From Flectonema sp. DT1601 (taxonomy: Eukaryota), in assembly GCA_964019425.1 (NCBI GenBank), contig OZ025796.1, forward strand, positions 248,001 through 312,000: a stretch of DNA of 64,000 nucleotides. The letters are read 5' to 3'. The first letter of the stretch is position 1; the number at the start of each line of letters is the position of its first letter. The notes beneath the pieces were generated by a model. The model saw only the letters and a list, made by a program, of their open reading frames with translations, was not told the origin of the DNA and did no database searches. Shown piece by piece: positions 35,028-46,302 of the stretch. Both the position numbers and the translations under genes were made by a program.

Positions 35028-36289
35028 CGGACCAAAATTTTAATAAAAAAAAAACCTTTCTCAGGTATAGGATCAGATTGATACATAAAATAAGTGAAGT
35101 CCCTTACACATTGTGCATCGCAGAACAGCAAATTTTTTTTTTTCCCCAAAGCCAAGGAAGTCAAAAATCCCTGGGGGTACCACAACCCGTGAGACTCTCA
35201 TCTCACTATAGAAGTATACAACATGTGTGCTTCTTATTCGATTAGGGGGAAAAACAAACAAAAAAAAAAAAAAAAAGAAATTTTTTTTTCATTCTTAAGG
35301 TGAACGCGTACAAAAACAAAAAAAAGTTTTCCAACAAAAAGAACCTGACAGTGCCAACAGAACAAACTACGCATACGAGGGAAGAGAACAAAAAAAAAAA
35401 AAAAAAGGTGAGGATCAACGTCAAAGTTGAAAGCTGCTCATATAAAAAAAAAGCAGACTATAACATTCGTCTACTAAACGTTGAACCAAAGACAGATATA
35501 AGAATTACCAAGACCAGATTAGATGTTTTTTTTTTCTTATAAAAAAGATGGGAAAAAAAATCCATGTATGATCAAATAATCCTAAGGACGCTTGAAAGCA
35601 AGAAAAAGAAAATAAATAAATAAACATCCCCCCACAACCCTTTTATAAGATGTTAATTATTAGTTTTGCGCCTTACAAGAGTTTAAGAACTCAGGATAAA
35701 AAATCATTATGACACGAACTGGGTAGACTTTTTTTTTTTTAAAGTCAGGGAAGTCAAAACCAAGAGCGAGAATTCAAGATACTAGGGTTTATTTATTTAT
35801 TTTATTTTATTTTATTTTTTTTTCAGATTTAATACATGACATGCTACTGAAATGGTCCCAGTGAATAAATTTCAAAAAAAAAGAGGAAAAAAAAATAATA
35901 ATGATAATAATAACAACATTTCCGTTCCACACACAATTGAGCATGCGTACTTATTTTCTTATTTTTATTATTATTCACAACGCACTTTGTAATACGATCT
36001 TCACAGGACTGGTTTCTACAGCAATACATCAAGTAGCGGTAACGGTCGAAAAATAATTAACTTGCATTTTTTTTTTTTTTTTTCTTTTTTTTTCCCTAGC
36101 TACTTCCTCTACAAGAAGGCGAGGAGGACAGGAAGTTTGTTTGACACTCAAAAGTGATTCCGAAGGTGATTTGTCCCACTTTTACGAAAAAGCTTTTTTT
36201 TTTTTTTTTTTTTTTTTAAAACGATGTTTTCCCAACTAATAGCAAAAGCGAAACAAGAACTCAAAAAATATCAGCAATCACGAAGAACG

Positions 36290-36425
36290 TGAGAGTGATG
36301 GTTTCGACAACATAGAAAACAGTAATAAAACATAATAAATACTAAAATAAGTAATTAATTAGTTAGTAATATGGTTTAAAACTGAAGAAATGAACAGAAG
36401 ATTAAAAGTTTCATTTTTTAGAATA
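36290..36425. repeat. Dispersed repeat family B copy
   Basis: Shares aaaacagtaataaaa, taaatactaaaa.aagtaa, ggtttaaaactgaagaaatgaacaga and aaagtttcattttt with 45450-45575. Confidence 0.7.
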
Positions 36426-38294
36426 GAATTATGAGAAAGTTGTGGGGGGTGAATCTGTCCAAGTACTTTCCTCTACGCTGTTTTTTGCATTACTTCACTC
36501 ATTTATTTTATAGAAAAAAAAATCAAAAGGGAAATAAGTTAATAATAATAAAATTCCTAACATTTGTTACTCCGGGAGAACACAGCGCAAAAAAAAAAAA
36601 AAAAAAAAAAAATTGTTTGTGCGACAACCCAGTACGAAATCCTAACAAAGCAATAGGTTCGTTACGCTGCCACAATTCTCTTTCTACCGAACAATATAGG
36701 CTTGTAGATAAAGGGGAAGGGGGAAAAAAAAAAAAACTGGGGAAGGTATATTGGCACGCAGCAAGGAAAGGGAGACGGTTGAAGCGGCCTCGAGCAATGG
36801 GAGTAACCATTGCCCAAGTCAGCGTCTGGACCCAAAATCGGGGGGAAGTGGAAAAAAAAAGTACTAACATTCATCTGAAACGTGAATCTTTTTTTTTAAT
36901 GGGAAAGGAATAAAGGCAAACATCAAAAAAGGCGGAAAAAGCTTTTTTTTTTTTAGATGTGAGGTAAAACGCTTCTTCAAACAACCCTCCTCCCCCCCCC
37001 CCAACACAAATAAAATAACTGCCTGTATACAATATAGGAAGGATTCAACATAGAAAAAAAAAAGAAAAAAATATCAACGCGTGCAGCGATAAAATATAAA
37101 TCGTTCAGACAGCGGGTCTTCGATAGAACGAAAAAAAAAAAAACAGACCATTCATCTCACAGACCTGTATGACCTTAATTTGCTTACACCATCTACACGA
37201 AATGCAATAATTGTTTTCACAAGGCATAGAATATCAGAATCGTTTTTTTTCTTTTCTTTTCTTTTCTTTTCTTATTTTTTTTTTTTTTTCGTGTTTTTCT
37301 TCATTGCTTGCATGAATCAGTATTTCAACCGCAACAGCCACGCACAAATATCCCATAGGCGGGATGGCTTGCTGCCATATGGACACCAAAACACATGCGT
37401 TATGCAGAAGAAAAAACAACACAAAAAAAAAAAAAAAAAAAACGTACGCAAATTATGGGGAGAGGGAGTGAGAAAAAACAGTAACCCAAAATACACATCT
37501 CGAAGTCAATAACAGTCGAACAAAATACACAAAATGAACAGATTTCTCATCAAAAGCACACAACTAACACTCAACAGAAGTTCATGAACAAGTTTCTTAC
37601 AAGATGGTTACTGTACTGGAAGAATCACTGACACCTTACCATATTAAAATAAAAATTCAATTTTACTACACGAGTGTAGTTTTAAAACATACACGTTGAA
37701 ATAACAAACGTCATTGAGGGGAATCTTTAAAAAAATAATAATAATAATAATAATAATAATAATCTTTATAAGAATACAGGCAAGGAGTTGGCTATAAGAA
37801 AGAAAAACAGCAACTTCCTCTGCTTTTGAGGGAAACGGGAGAGGTACAGAAGCAGCTCTACAGCATCCTCGTATAGTTTACGATCAGCGCTGGCTACAAT
37901 TTGTGCCAGGGCCGACTGTAACACGCACGTAGGCCCCTCAGTTAGGAGGCCTTAAATACAATTGGAATAGTCATTTGCACAATCAACTCATATATTCGGT
38001 TGCTTACAAAAGCTAGATAGTGATTTCAGGAAATTTATAAAAAGGAAATTTACCTTAAAAACTAACTTAAAAAAACAAGCACCTTAAAAATTTTTTTTTA
38101 ATTTTTTTTTCTTCTTTCCTAATTATTATCATTTTTTTTTTTTTTTTTGTTCGTTTTAGGGAATGCACAACAACGCTACTCCCAAAGTGTAGGAAAGAAC
38201 AAAAAAATATATAAAATAAAATAACTGAAAACAGAAATAACACACTTTTGAAGGCAAAAAAAAACAAATATTCACAGTCGTGTAATAAGGTGCT

Positions 38295-40346
38295 TTATGC
38301 CTCTTGGCTTAGTTGTGTCCCAATGACTCCATCAGTAAGAGCGCTCAAATCAAGATCTTCATCATCCTTTTGAGCAACATCCTTTTGTTCAAACGATGCT
38401 GCGAAATCTTCCAAAGACCACATGCCACTTGATCTGTCTGAAGTTGACCTTGCAGACATCAGTGCTGACATATTTGGTGCCACAAATCCAGGACTACCAA
38501 AAACAGTACCATTTGATATAACTTTTCCAGTTGGTGATGACGACGTTGAATGTGAACTTGAAATACTCTCAGGAACCTTACCAATTCGATTCTGAACTGG
38601 AACTCCAAGAACCGGTTGACTTGAAACCTGCTTTGATAAAAGTGAATCATTACTACCAGCAACAGGTATGACACATGGAACGTATGTAACACCACCTTGT
38701 TGAGTGTTAAGTGGCAGATATACTAAACCCTGTTGAGTTGAGTCTTCGGTAATTTTGAGACTCTGTGATCTCTGGGGTATCGGTGAGACTGGTTTTGGAC
38801 CTCCAGCAGGACGCAGCCTGGCTGAATTAGAAAAACTAATTTTCTTCATAAAACCACGTCCTTGAACAGTAATTCTCTCATTTGGAATATCCACCTCAAC
38901 GATTCGACAAGGTGCCCATGTTCCATCAGATCGAAGAGTCTCAGCAAACTGACCAGGTTGGTATTGTATACCTAAAGGAACCATTCCTTCAACAGGTGCA
39001 GGAGGAGTGCTGTTATGTCTATTTCCATGAACTGAAACCATAGGTGGAACCACTCCATTTGGTAGAACAATATTATTCATACTTCCTGAATTACTTCCAC
39101 TCTGAGACGCAACAGGAACAACAGGTCCCTGTGGAGCTCTTTTCCACAAAGGCTGATGGCTAACAACTGTAGACAATGCCGTGTGACTATCTCTCCTTGG
39201 ATCGAATTGACGTAAAGCAATATGACAGCTTCTGATATGAGCAATTATCTGTTTTAGACGAAGGCAGTCCTTAGCAAGATTGAGTAGTCCTCCATTTGGA
39301 AGAGATAGCATAATTTGAATTTCTTCAGGTGCGTCAGGCTTATCAACACGAGGGATGGAGTTGGCGGTATCAGGATTAATTGCTTCAGTACTAAAATCAA
39401 CTTCTTTACTGTAACGTTCTAAAAATGCTAATAAAACTTCACCCGCATCGTGTTTTGTTATTGATCGATGACACACATGGACAACCATCGCTAATATAGC
39501 AACAGGACTAAGTCCACCTTTCTTTGTAACTAACTCCGCACATGCCTGTGCCAACACGTGTCTCACTACGGCTAATACCGTTCCAGCTACTGGATATTGT
39601 TCTAACCAGTTTTTTATCTTAGCTGATAAGGCGTGTTGTTCTTCATTTCTTTGAGCCCGGAAATATAAATTTGCCTGAACCCCATTCAAGGCTTCAACCA
39701 TCAGTACGACTTCTTCTTCTTTGTGATCAAGGAGGAGTACCTTACCAAGTACCGAGAAGCAGTTTATCTGTTGTTTTTTTTTTTTTTTTTTTTTTTTGTT
39801 TCATTGTTTTTTTAAATCAGATGGTTGTTGTCTTGTCATTCAGTGTAATTCAAACCTTTTGACTCATTACTCCGAAGTCACAGTTCTCTATGAGGATATC
39901 AACACCAGATGATGGAGAGCTGTTTTGATGTTTATTTATTGTTGTGATTGCTTTACGTACATAAGAAGGAGGATGACGTACCTAAGACCACATCCATAAC
40001 TTCCAGTCAAGGAAATCGTAGCCTTTGAGAGGTGTTGTTGAACCAGTCGATTGACAGTAGCAAGTAAACCATCACGTCTGCGCTGTTCCTGTTGAGTTAA
40101 CTTCACTAAGCAAGCGAAAGCATCCAACTCAGCAGAGAGAGATAAAGATGAAGGAACTCCATTTGAAAACCATGGGGTTTTAGGCTTTTCAGTAGAACCC
40201 GTTTGTCTCCTTGATTTCTTTTTTCTACCTCCAGATTGTGATCCTCCACTGCCGTTACTCGCATTGCTGTAAGTATTGCTTTTGCTGCTTAAGTTGCTAC
40301 ACCTGTTGGTGCCGCTCAGGTTCCCAGAACCATTTCCGAATACCAT
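38295..40346 (-). CDS. TRF4/PAPD5-like non-canonical poly(A) polymerase-family protein, probably catalytically altered, 3 exons (~633 aa)
   Basis: Exons 40346-39982, 39919-39856, 39767-38295; introns 39981-39920 and 39855-39768. LSAELDAFACLVKLTQQEQRRR, GSYGCGLS|SPSSGVDILI, KKGGLSPVAILAMVVH, AGEVLLAFLERYS; C-terminal Tudor/SH3-like segment (AETLRSDGTWAPCRIVEV). Confidence 0.8.
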
Positions 40347-40709
40347 GTTAGGAACCCCCACTTTGATAAATATCGGATTCCAGCTGTTTTGGTTGAAAAC
40401 TAATATAAAATAAATATTCCGCAATGAACGACTTCAGTCTACAGAACCCCGCAGTCGATGAGGAGATAATTACCTAAATGAGAGTTGACGGTTAAACTAA
40501 CTTAACTCTTTTTAGGGAGAGAACGAAAAAAAATAAATAAACCTAAGAATTCCTAAAGTGTAAAAGTAATTAACCAACTACGATCAAAGCATCCCCAGAC
40601 CTTTGATTAAGGACGAGTTGAGGCATCTAAAAACAGCTCAGAAGACCTATGAGACTACCTCTTTTGTGAAGAAGATCTATTTTTTAAAGAAACTAATAAA
40701 CTTCACGTT

Positions 40710-41534
40710 TTATGATTTAATGCGACGGCGTTCCTGAGCGTGGTTTGCAGCAACGTTGGCAGAGACAGCTCCAGCTGCGACTCCAGCACCACCTCCAATT
40801 GCAGAACCAGCGATAAGACCAGATGGCCCCATTCCCTCTGTCATAACAACAGCTGGAGTTGTTAGAAGAGCGTGAGAAGATGAATTCAGAGCAGCTGATG
40901 CAGCAGCGAGTGCTTCAGTAGAAGCAGTGTTGTGTGCTGCAAAGGTAGCAGCAGCTGCTGGTGTAGAACCTGCTGGAGGAATTGTTAAAGTAGTCGTAGC
41001 AGCCAGAGTAGCCTCATGAAGTGATGCATGAGACGCTGCATGTGTTGCTGAAACAGCAGCCTGTGTCATCCCTGGAATCTTTGTACCAACTACAGCACTT
41101 CCCTTTACTACGGGTACTGCTGTTGGTCCCCAAATACAGTGTCCCAGACACCATCCTATTGTACCACCAAGTGTAACACCTGCTAGTAGTCCTACTACGA
41201 GGTACCCTCCAGTGCTTAATAAAGATTTGTTATTTCGATCTTCCTTTCTCTCATCTTCAGTTAAGTAGGCGCTGTCTTCTGAAAAGGCTCCACGAGATGT
41301 TCTTCCGTTCTGGACTCGTCGCTTACCTCGTTTTTTTAATGCAACAGATCCTACCGCCGTGTGAGTTTCATCTTCTTCTCTTCTTCTATCAGTGGATGCG
41401 TAACTCGGTGGTGCTGCAGTTGGGGATCCAGCACCTGACTCGCTCATCATACCTGGAGCCGGTTGTAAATTATAACCCGAATTCCACATTGTTCTTCCCT
41501 CTTGTGCACTTCTCTGAGGTTTATCAGAAGCCAT
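40710..41534 (-). CDS. Hypothetical membrane protein (Gly/Ala-rich hydrophobic segments)
   Basis: 274-aa ORF; TM-like GYLVVGLLAGVTLGGTIGWCLG and glycine-zipper-like GLIAGSAIGGGAGVAAGAV. Confidence 0.75.
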   Translation of the reverse strand: MASDKPQRSAQEGRTMWNSGYNLQPAPGMMSESGAGSPTAAPPSYASTDRRREEDETHTAVGSVALKKRGKRRVQNGRTSRGAFSEDSAYLTEDERKEDRNNKSLLSTGGYLVVGLLAGVTLGGTIGWCLGHCIWGPTAVPVVKGSAVVGTKIPGMTQAAVSATHAASHASLHEATLAATTTLTIPPAGSTPAAAATFAAHNTASTEALAAASAALNSSSHALLTTPAVVMTEGMGPSGLIAGSAIGGGAGVAAGAVSANVAANHAQERRRIKS

Positions 41535-41672
41535 TTACTATTGGACGTGTAACTGTCGAAGGATATAACAGTTTCTAAAAACAAACATGTTACGAAACAA
41601 CAGAATACATTATTTTTATCAAGTTTCCTGTGTGAGTGTTGAATAGGGTAAATAGAATGATTAAGATAAAGC

Positions 41673-41705
<33 letters not shown>

Positions 41706-42025
41706 CCTTTTCACGGTAAGTAACTGATTCTACACAAATAAAAACTCTATACATGTGCGGTTAAACCTTTAGTGCCGTACATGCGATTTATATAATCTAT
41801 TTTTTTTTCCTTTTAAATTTCAATTTTCTTTCTCTATCTACGTACTGCCTATTAATGTAAAGTCTTAAATAACGTATTATTAAATTGTTTTTTTTTTTTT
41901 TTTCTTTTTCTACTTTTTTTTTTTTTTTTTGTATTCGTTTTTGCTTGTCGATTTATAAAAATAATCGACTACTCGCACCGCAAAAACTTTTATTTTTGTT
42001 ACACATTTTTTTTTTTTTTTTTTTT

Positions 42026-42170
42026 GCATGTAACAAGTATTGTAAGAACGAAAAAGAATGTTGGGCAGCACATGCAAACCTCCTTTAGCTTTGTCAGTTT
42101 TAAGTCGATTCACGGTTTCGTGACACAAACAAAACATCACAGTGTTATATTACTTATTTTCTGTATAGTT
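42026..42170 (-). mobile_element. Dispersed repeat family C copy (SINE-like, A-tract at the minus-strand 3' end)
   Basis: Near-identical to 56918-57059; both abut a plus-strand T-run; a diverged inverted copy lies at 19981-20100. Confidence 0.7.
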
Positions 42171-42236
42171 TAAGCCAACTCTTTTTATTAAGAATTAAGA
42201 TTGGAAGAAGAAGAATTTCGAGTTTTTTTTTTTTTT

Positions 42237-45200
42237 TTAGAACATTGCATGAGGAGGGATAACTGGGGCTGGTGAACCAGCGATGGATTCCTCACGAACC
42301 CATCTCGCTATCTCATTCTCATCAGGGATTCGTTTCCAACGAGCAGTGATACCTTCACCCACAGGCAGAGCTGCTGTGAGAGGTGTCATGGGATCGACTC
42401 CCGGTACAAATTTAATTGCAGACCCAACACCGCCATACGGATGTGTAGCCGACTGCGGTATCAACGGCGACTGAGTTCGAAGAGGAGAATTACTAAACGG
42501 ATATGACAACACTCCAACAGGAGAAGGATCTCTATTAAGTAAATCAGCGCTGTGTAATAAAAACTGAGTTGTTGGATCATACGGTTCTTCATACTTTCTT
42601 GGTACAACATTAAAGGTTCGAGACTGCTCACCTGGAACCATTGGCGAAGCTACAGACAAATCTTGACTTCTTTCTTCAGGACGCTGCCATTTAACTCCAA
42701 CAACTACCGGTAGACCCGTGTGTTCCCCAGCTGGAAGTCTGTTCCAATTCGATTTGCTTATCGCACTGCTGAACATATGACGTTCACCGCGTAGCTTCTC
42801 AAATAATATTTCATGTCGTAAAGAGTCTTCTTCTTCTGTTATTCGATTCCTACGAGTGAGTTCAGCTTCTTGTGTAGCGATCAAAGCAACTCTCAGATTG
42901 TCGAGTAGCTTTTGCCGTTCAGTCTCTTTGCGAAGCTCTTCTGCGCGCTGTCTTCTCTTTTCAGTTATATTTTCTAGATTTCCCAGTTCGGCAGTCAGAT
43001 CCTTTGTCCTTTGCTTTGCCGCACACAGCCGTGGATCATCATCAGCTGCAGACTCTGGTGCCCCGAGATAGAAATTAGATTTCCGAAAGTCAGTTGGTCT
43101 GTTGAAACTTATCTCCGGCAAACTACTATTTTCATTATAATCCATTCCCTTTCTTATACCAACCATGAGATCTCTATAAGAAGGATTTTCATATATTCCA
43201 CAAGTCTCAACAAAACAAGAAGTCAAATTCTGAAGCGGTGAACCCATACTATTCAGTCCAGGCTCTCTCCTTCCATTAATTTGTTGCACATTTCCTGGAC
43301 AACGGTTTCTCAGACCTTCGACAGCACGGAAAGACCCGTCTCTATTGGCAACAAGTTTATAAGGTAGTTCCTGTTGTTGTTGTTGGTGGTGTTGTTTTCA
43401 TTTTTTAACATAATCATAAAATAACAATCACAAAACACAATAAATACACACGATTAATTGACCGTCTGGGTAACAGTCAGCTACAACGGTCAAACGAACA
43501 CCGTCTGGTAGGTTACTTAGAAGTGTTTCTGTTATTAAAGTGTCAGGCACTGCACCAGCAACGTCGAAATCGGAGGGTAAGATGTCTGTGTTTAAAGGTC
43601 TGTCAGGTCTCTTTTGAGACCTACCTGAAAAAAATAGAAAAAGAGAATTTCCGGGAACAGCGTCTTCCACCAACCACTGAAATGCCGTTAACATGTTTGC
43701 ATGAGTTGGCTGACGATCATCAGGACCGTCTTCGTCAGTTAGGAGAAGTTGTTGACCAAAGAAACCATTTTCTGCCAAATGTGCTTTCATTTTATGAGCA
43801 TTGTTAATATTGTCGGGTATTTCATACGCTGAATCCCGATATCCCACACCAATCAATAACGATTTACTAGCACCATGAATCGGTTGTGGTGTTACCTTAG
43901 TCACTGGTCCTTTATAAAGCTTCTCATTACTATTAAAATCTTCTTCTTCCAGGATATCTCGAGTTATGAAAAAGTCATCATCACTTATCACACCACCAGT
44001 GTGCCTCCGATACTTCGGATTAGATGAGTACGTATGAGATCCAGGAGGAGGAACTCTAGTGGTGTCAACTGCTTCAGGTATGCCCAGGTTTAAATTTCTC
44101 ACAAAGGGATCTAAATTCGCAGCCCTTTGAAGATTAATCACCCTCACTGGGTCTGATGTTGATGCGAGTAACTGATCTCCGAGTACCCCGTCCTGTTGTT
44201 GTTGTGTTGTGTTATTGTGTTCTTTTTTGTATTAATACTTTTGTAGAACTATGTCATTCACACATACCAAATTTGGATTGTCTGTGTAGAATTGTGTTAA
44301 AGCCTTACGACGGACTTCCATTCCTTCCTGTGATGTTTGTTGTTGTTTGAATTTGTCGAAGAAGACTTTTAAAAAAAAAAAAAAAACAGAACATACTAAT
44401 TTCTCTTCGAGGATTTCCCGAGCAGCTTTCGCAATTTCTCGCTTTTCAAGATTTGATATAACGTCAGATGGATTGAGAGATGCTCCTGGAGGTGATCTCG
44501 GAGGTGTGATATCAATCCGTTCAGGTGCTAATGCGAAGGCTGGATTCACTGCTCCTGGCCTAGGAATTGGTCGACCTGCAACAGCCGATACTAGTTCTCG
44601 TAAGCTATCAGAATCCAACGATGCCAAGTCATTATGTGTTAATTGTGTCTGTGCCAATCCTTGCAGTGCTGGTGACGCAGCGGGTACTCTCCTTCCTAAA
44701 AACGGATCAATCGATTCTAGTAAAGGATCGATATCGTCTTGTAGATTACCCAAAGTATTCACATCAGCATTCTTCGCTAATGCCGTTTGATATAATCCAA
44801 GATTCTTATTATGTCTTGGGTACATGTTATGATTACTAGGAGGAAATATACTCGTAATAGGAGTAACCGGACCATATGGTCCTACTGGTAATGCATTCCT
44901 TTGAACCTGATTTAATTTAGTTGCGAGTGCCGATTGGTGATTTGGTTGCCATGACCTCGTAAATGTCTGAGGCATTGAATGTAATGGAGAGACTGGTACT
45001 GCTCCTGCTCCAGTTGGTGCAGTATTAATAGGATGAGTTGCTACAATATTTTTATTTAGATTATTATTTACTACGGGAGTTTCTTCCGGTTGGGTTGCAG
45101 GTATACTCGTTTCTCTCATATTATGTGATCCCTTTCGTTGAGGTCTCTCTGACTGCGCAGGAGCCCGTAATGTTCCACTTCCATTACTTTTTGTATCCAA

Positions 45201-45320
45201 ATTAAAAAGTGAGTTGTTTTCTGATCCTCTCCTGGTTCCGCCAAAACTTGATCCACCAGCCCCTCCAGGTCCACCGACCTTTGGTTCGGTTGGAAAATCA
45301 GCACTGTTGAGCGATGTCAT
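42237..45320 (-). CDS. Large low-complexity protein with a metacaspase-like (peptidase C14) domain lacking the catalytic dyad, 4 exons (~952 aa)
   Basis: Exons 45320-44397, 44327-44268, 44192-43452, 43370-42237; introns 44396-44328, 44267-44193, 43451-43371. Metacaspase signatures KSLLIGVGY, PTHANMLTAFQWLVEDAVPGNSLFLFFSG, ILPSDFDVAG, LPDGVRLTVVADC, LI|ELPY. Confidence 0.82.
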
Positions 45321-45422
45321 TATTGCATATGAAAATGTAAGTAAAAAATTACTGAGAGACTTTGAAATAAATTTTAAAGATTAATTTGATTGAAACACAT
45401 CAAAACCATTTCGGATTAGCGT

Positions 45423-45617
45423 TGAAACGCAGACAGAATCCTGTCGCACAGCGAGGGTGATAATTTTTGACAATGCTGAAAAACAGTAATAAAAACCTTA
45501 TAAATACTAAAACAAGTAACAAGGTTTAAAACTGAAGAAATGAACAGACGACTAAAGTTTCATTTTTAGAACATTGGTTAAAAGGTTAGCTGAAATGCAG
45601 ACAGAATCCTGTCGCAC
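45423..45617. repeat. Dispersed repeat family B copy bounded by 27-bp direct repeats (168-bp period)
   Basis: tgaaa(c/t)gcagacagaatcctgtcgcac at 45423-45449 and 45591-45617. The interior matches 36290-36425; gaatcctgtcgc also occurs at 4751-4762. Confidence 0.7.
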
Positions 45618-46135
45618 GCTGGGGGAATATATACCATGACTATGAGAGAAACAACGGGTCTTCTTCTCCGACTACGTACAAAAAATAAAAGGAAAAAAAG
45701 ACATCTACTACTCGCTATGAGTGATTCCTTTTTTTTTTGAAATCTTTCCAACATATGATTATTTTTTTAGTTTCGCCAAAAAAAACTCGATCCACCAGCC
45801 CTCCATTAACGCATATGGATAATTATTGAGAAGACTGTTGAAACAAACTAAAAAGCTAGTAGTGACTATTTTTTTTTTTTTTTCAACCTTTACGTAAAAA
45901 ATATTTCTCTCTATTTGCAGCATTCAAATAAACAAAAGGATCGGATTTTTTTTTTTTTTTTTTAAACCTTTTTCTTTTAAGTAAAAAAAGAAAAGAAAAA
46001 AGATTTTTTCAACTACGAAATTTCGAAATAACGCACACACCCTCAACGAGCTTCTTCCTTTTTCTTTATGTTAGATGTTACAACATGTGAGCAACAGGAG
46101 GATAGGACGAGTGCCCTTTTTTTTTTTTTTCCGGA

Positions 46136-46269
46136 TCACCCAAAAAAAATAGCAAATATCCAACACAGTATGATATAAATTGCGTACAAGACAACCGGAA
46201 CTACCAAATCCCGGAGTCCAAGAACGAGGACGAATCTCGATAAGTATTTCCAAACTTTTTTTTCAATCT

Positions 46270-46302
<33 letters not shown>

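Noticed and set aside
37885..37952. GC-rich hairpins CTGGC...GTGCCAGGG and GGGCC...GGCCC resembling the ingi/L1Tc HDV-like ribozyme signature
   Set aside because: Only the outer stem resembles it. The nested P2/P3 pseudoknot elements cannot be built and it is single-copy here.
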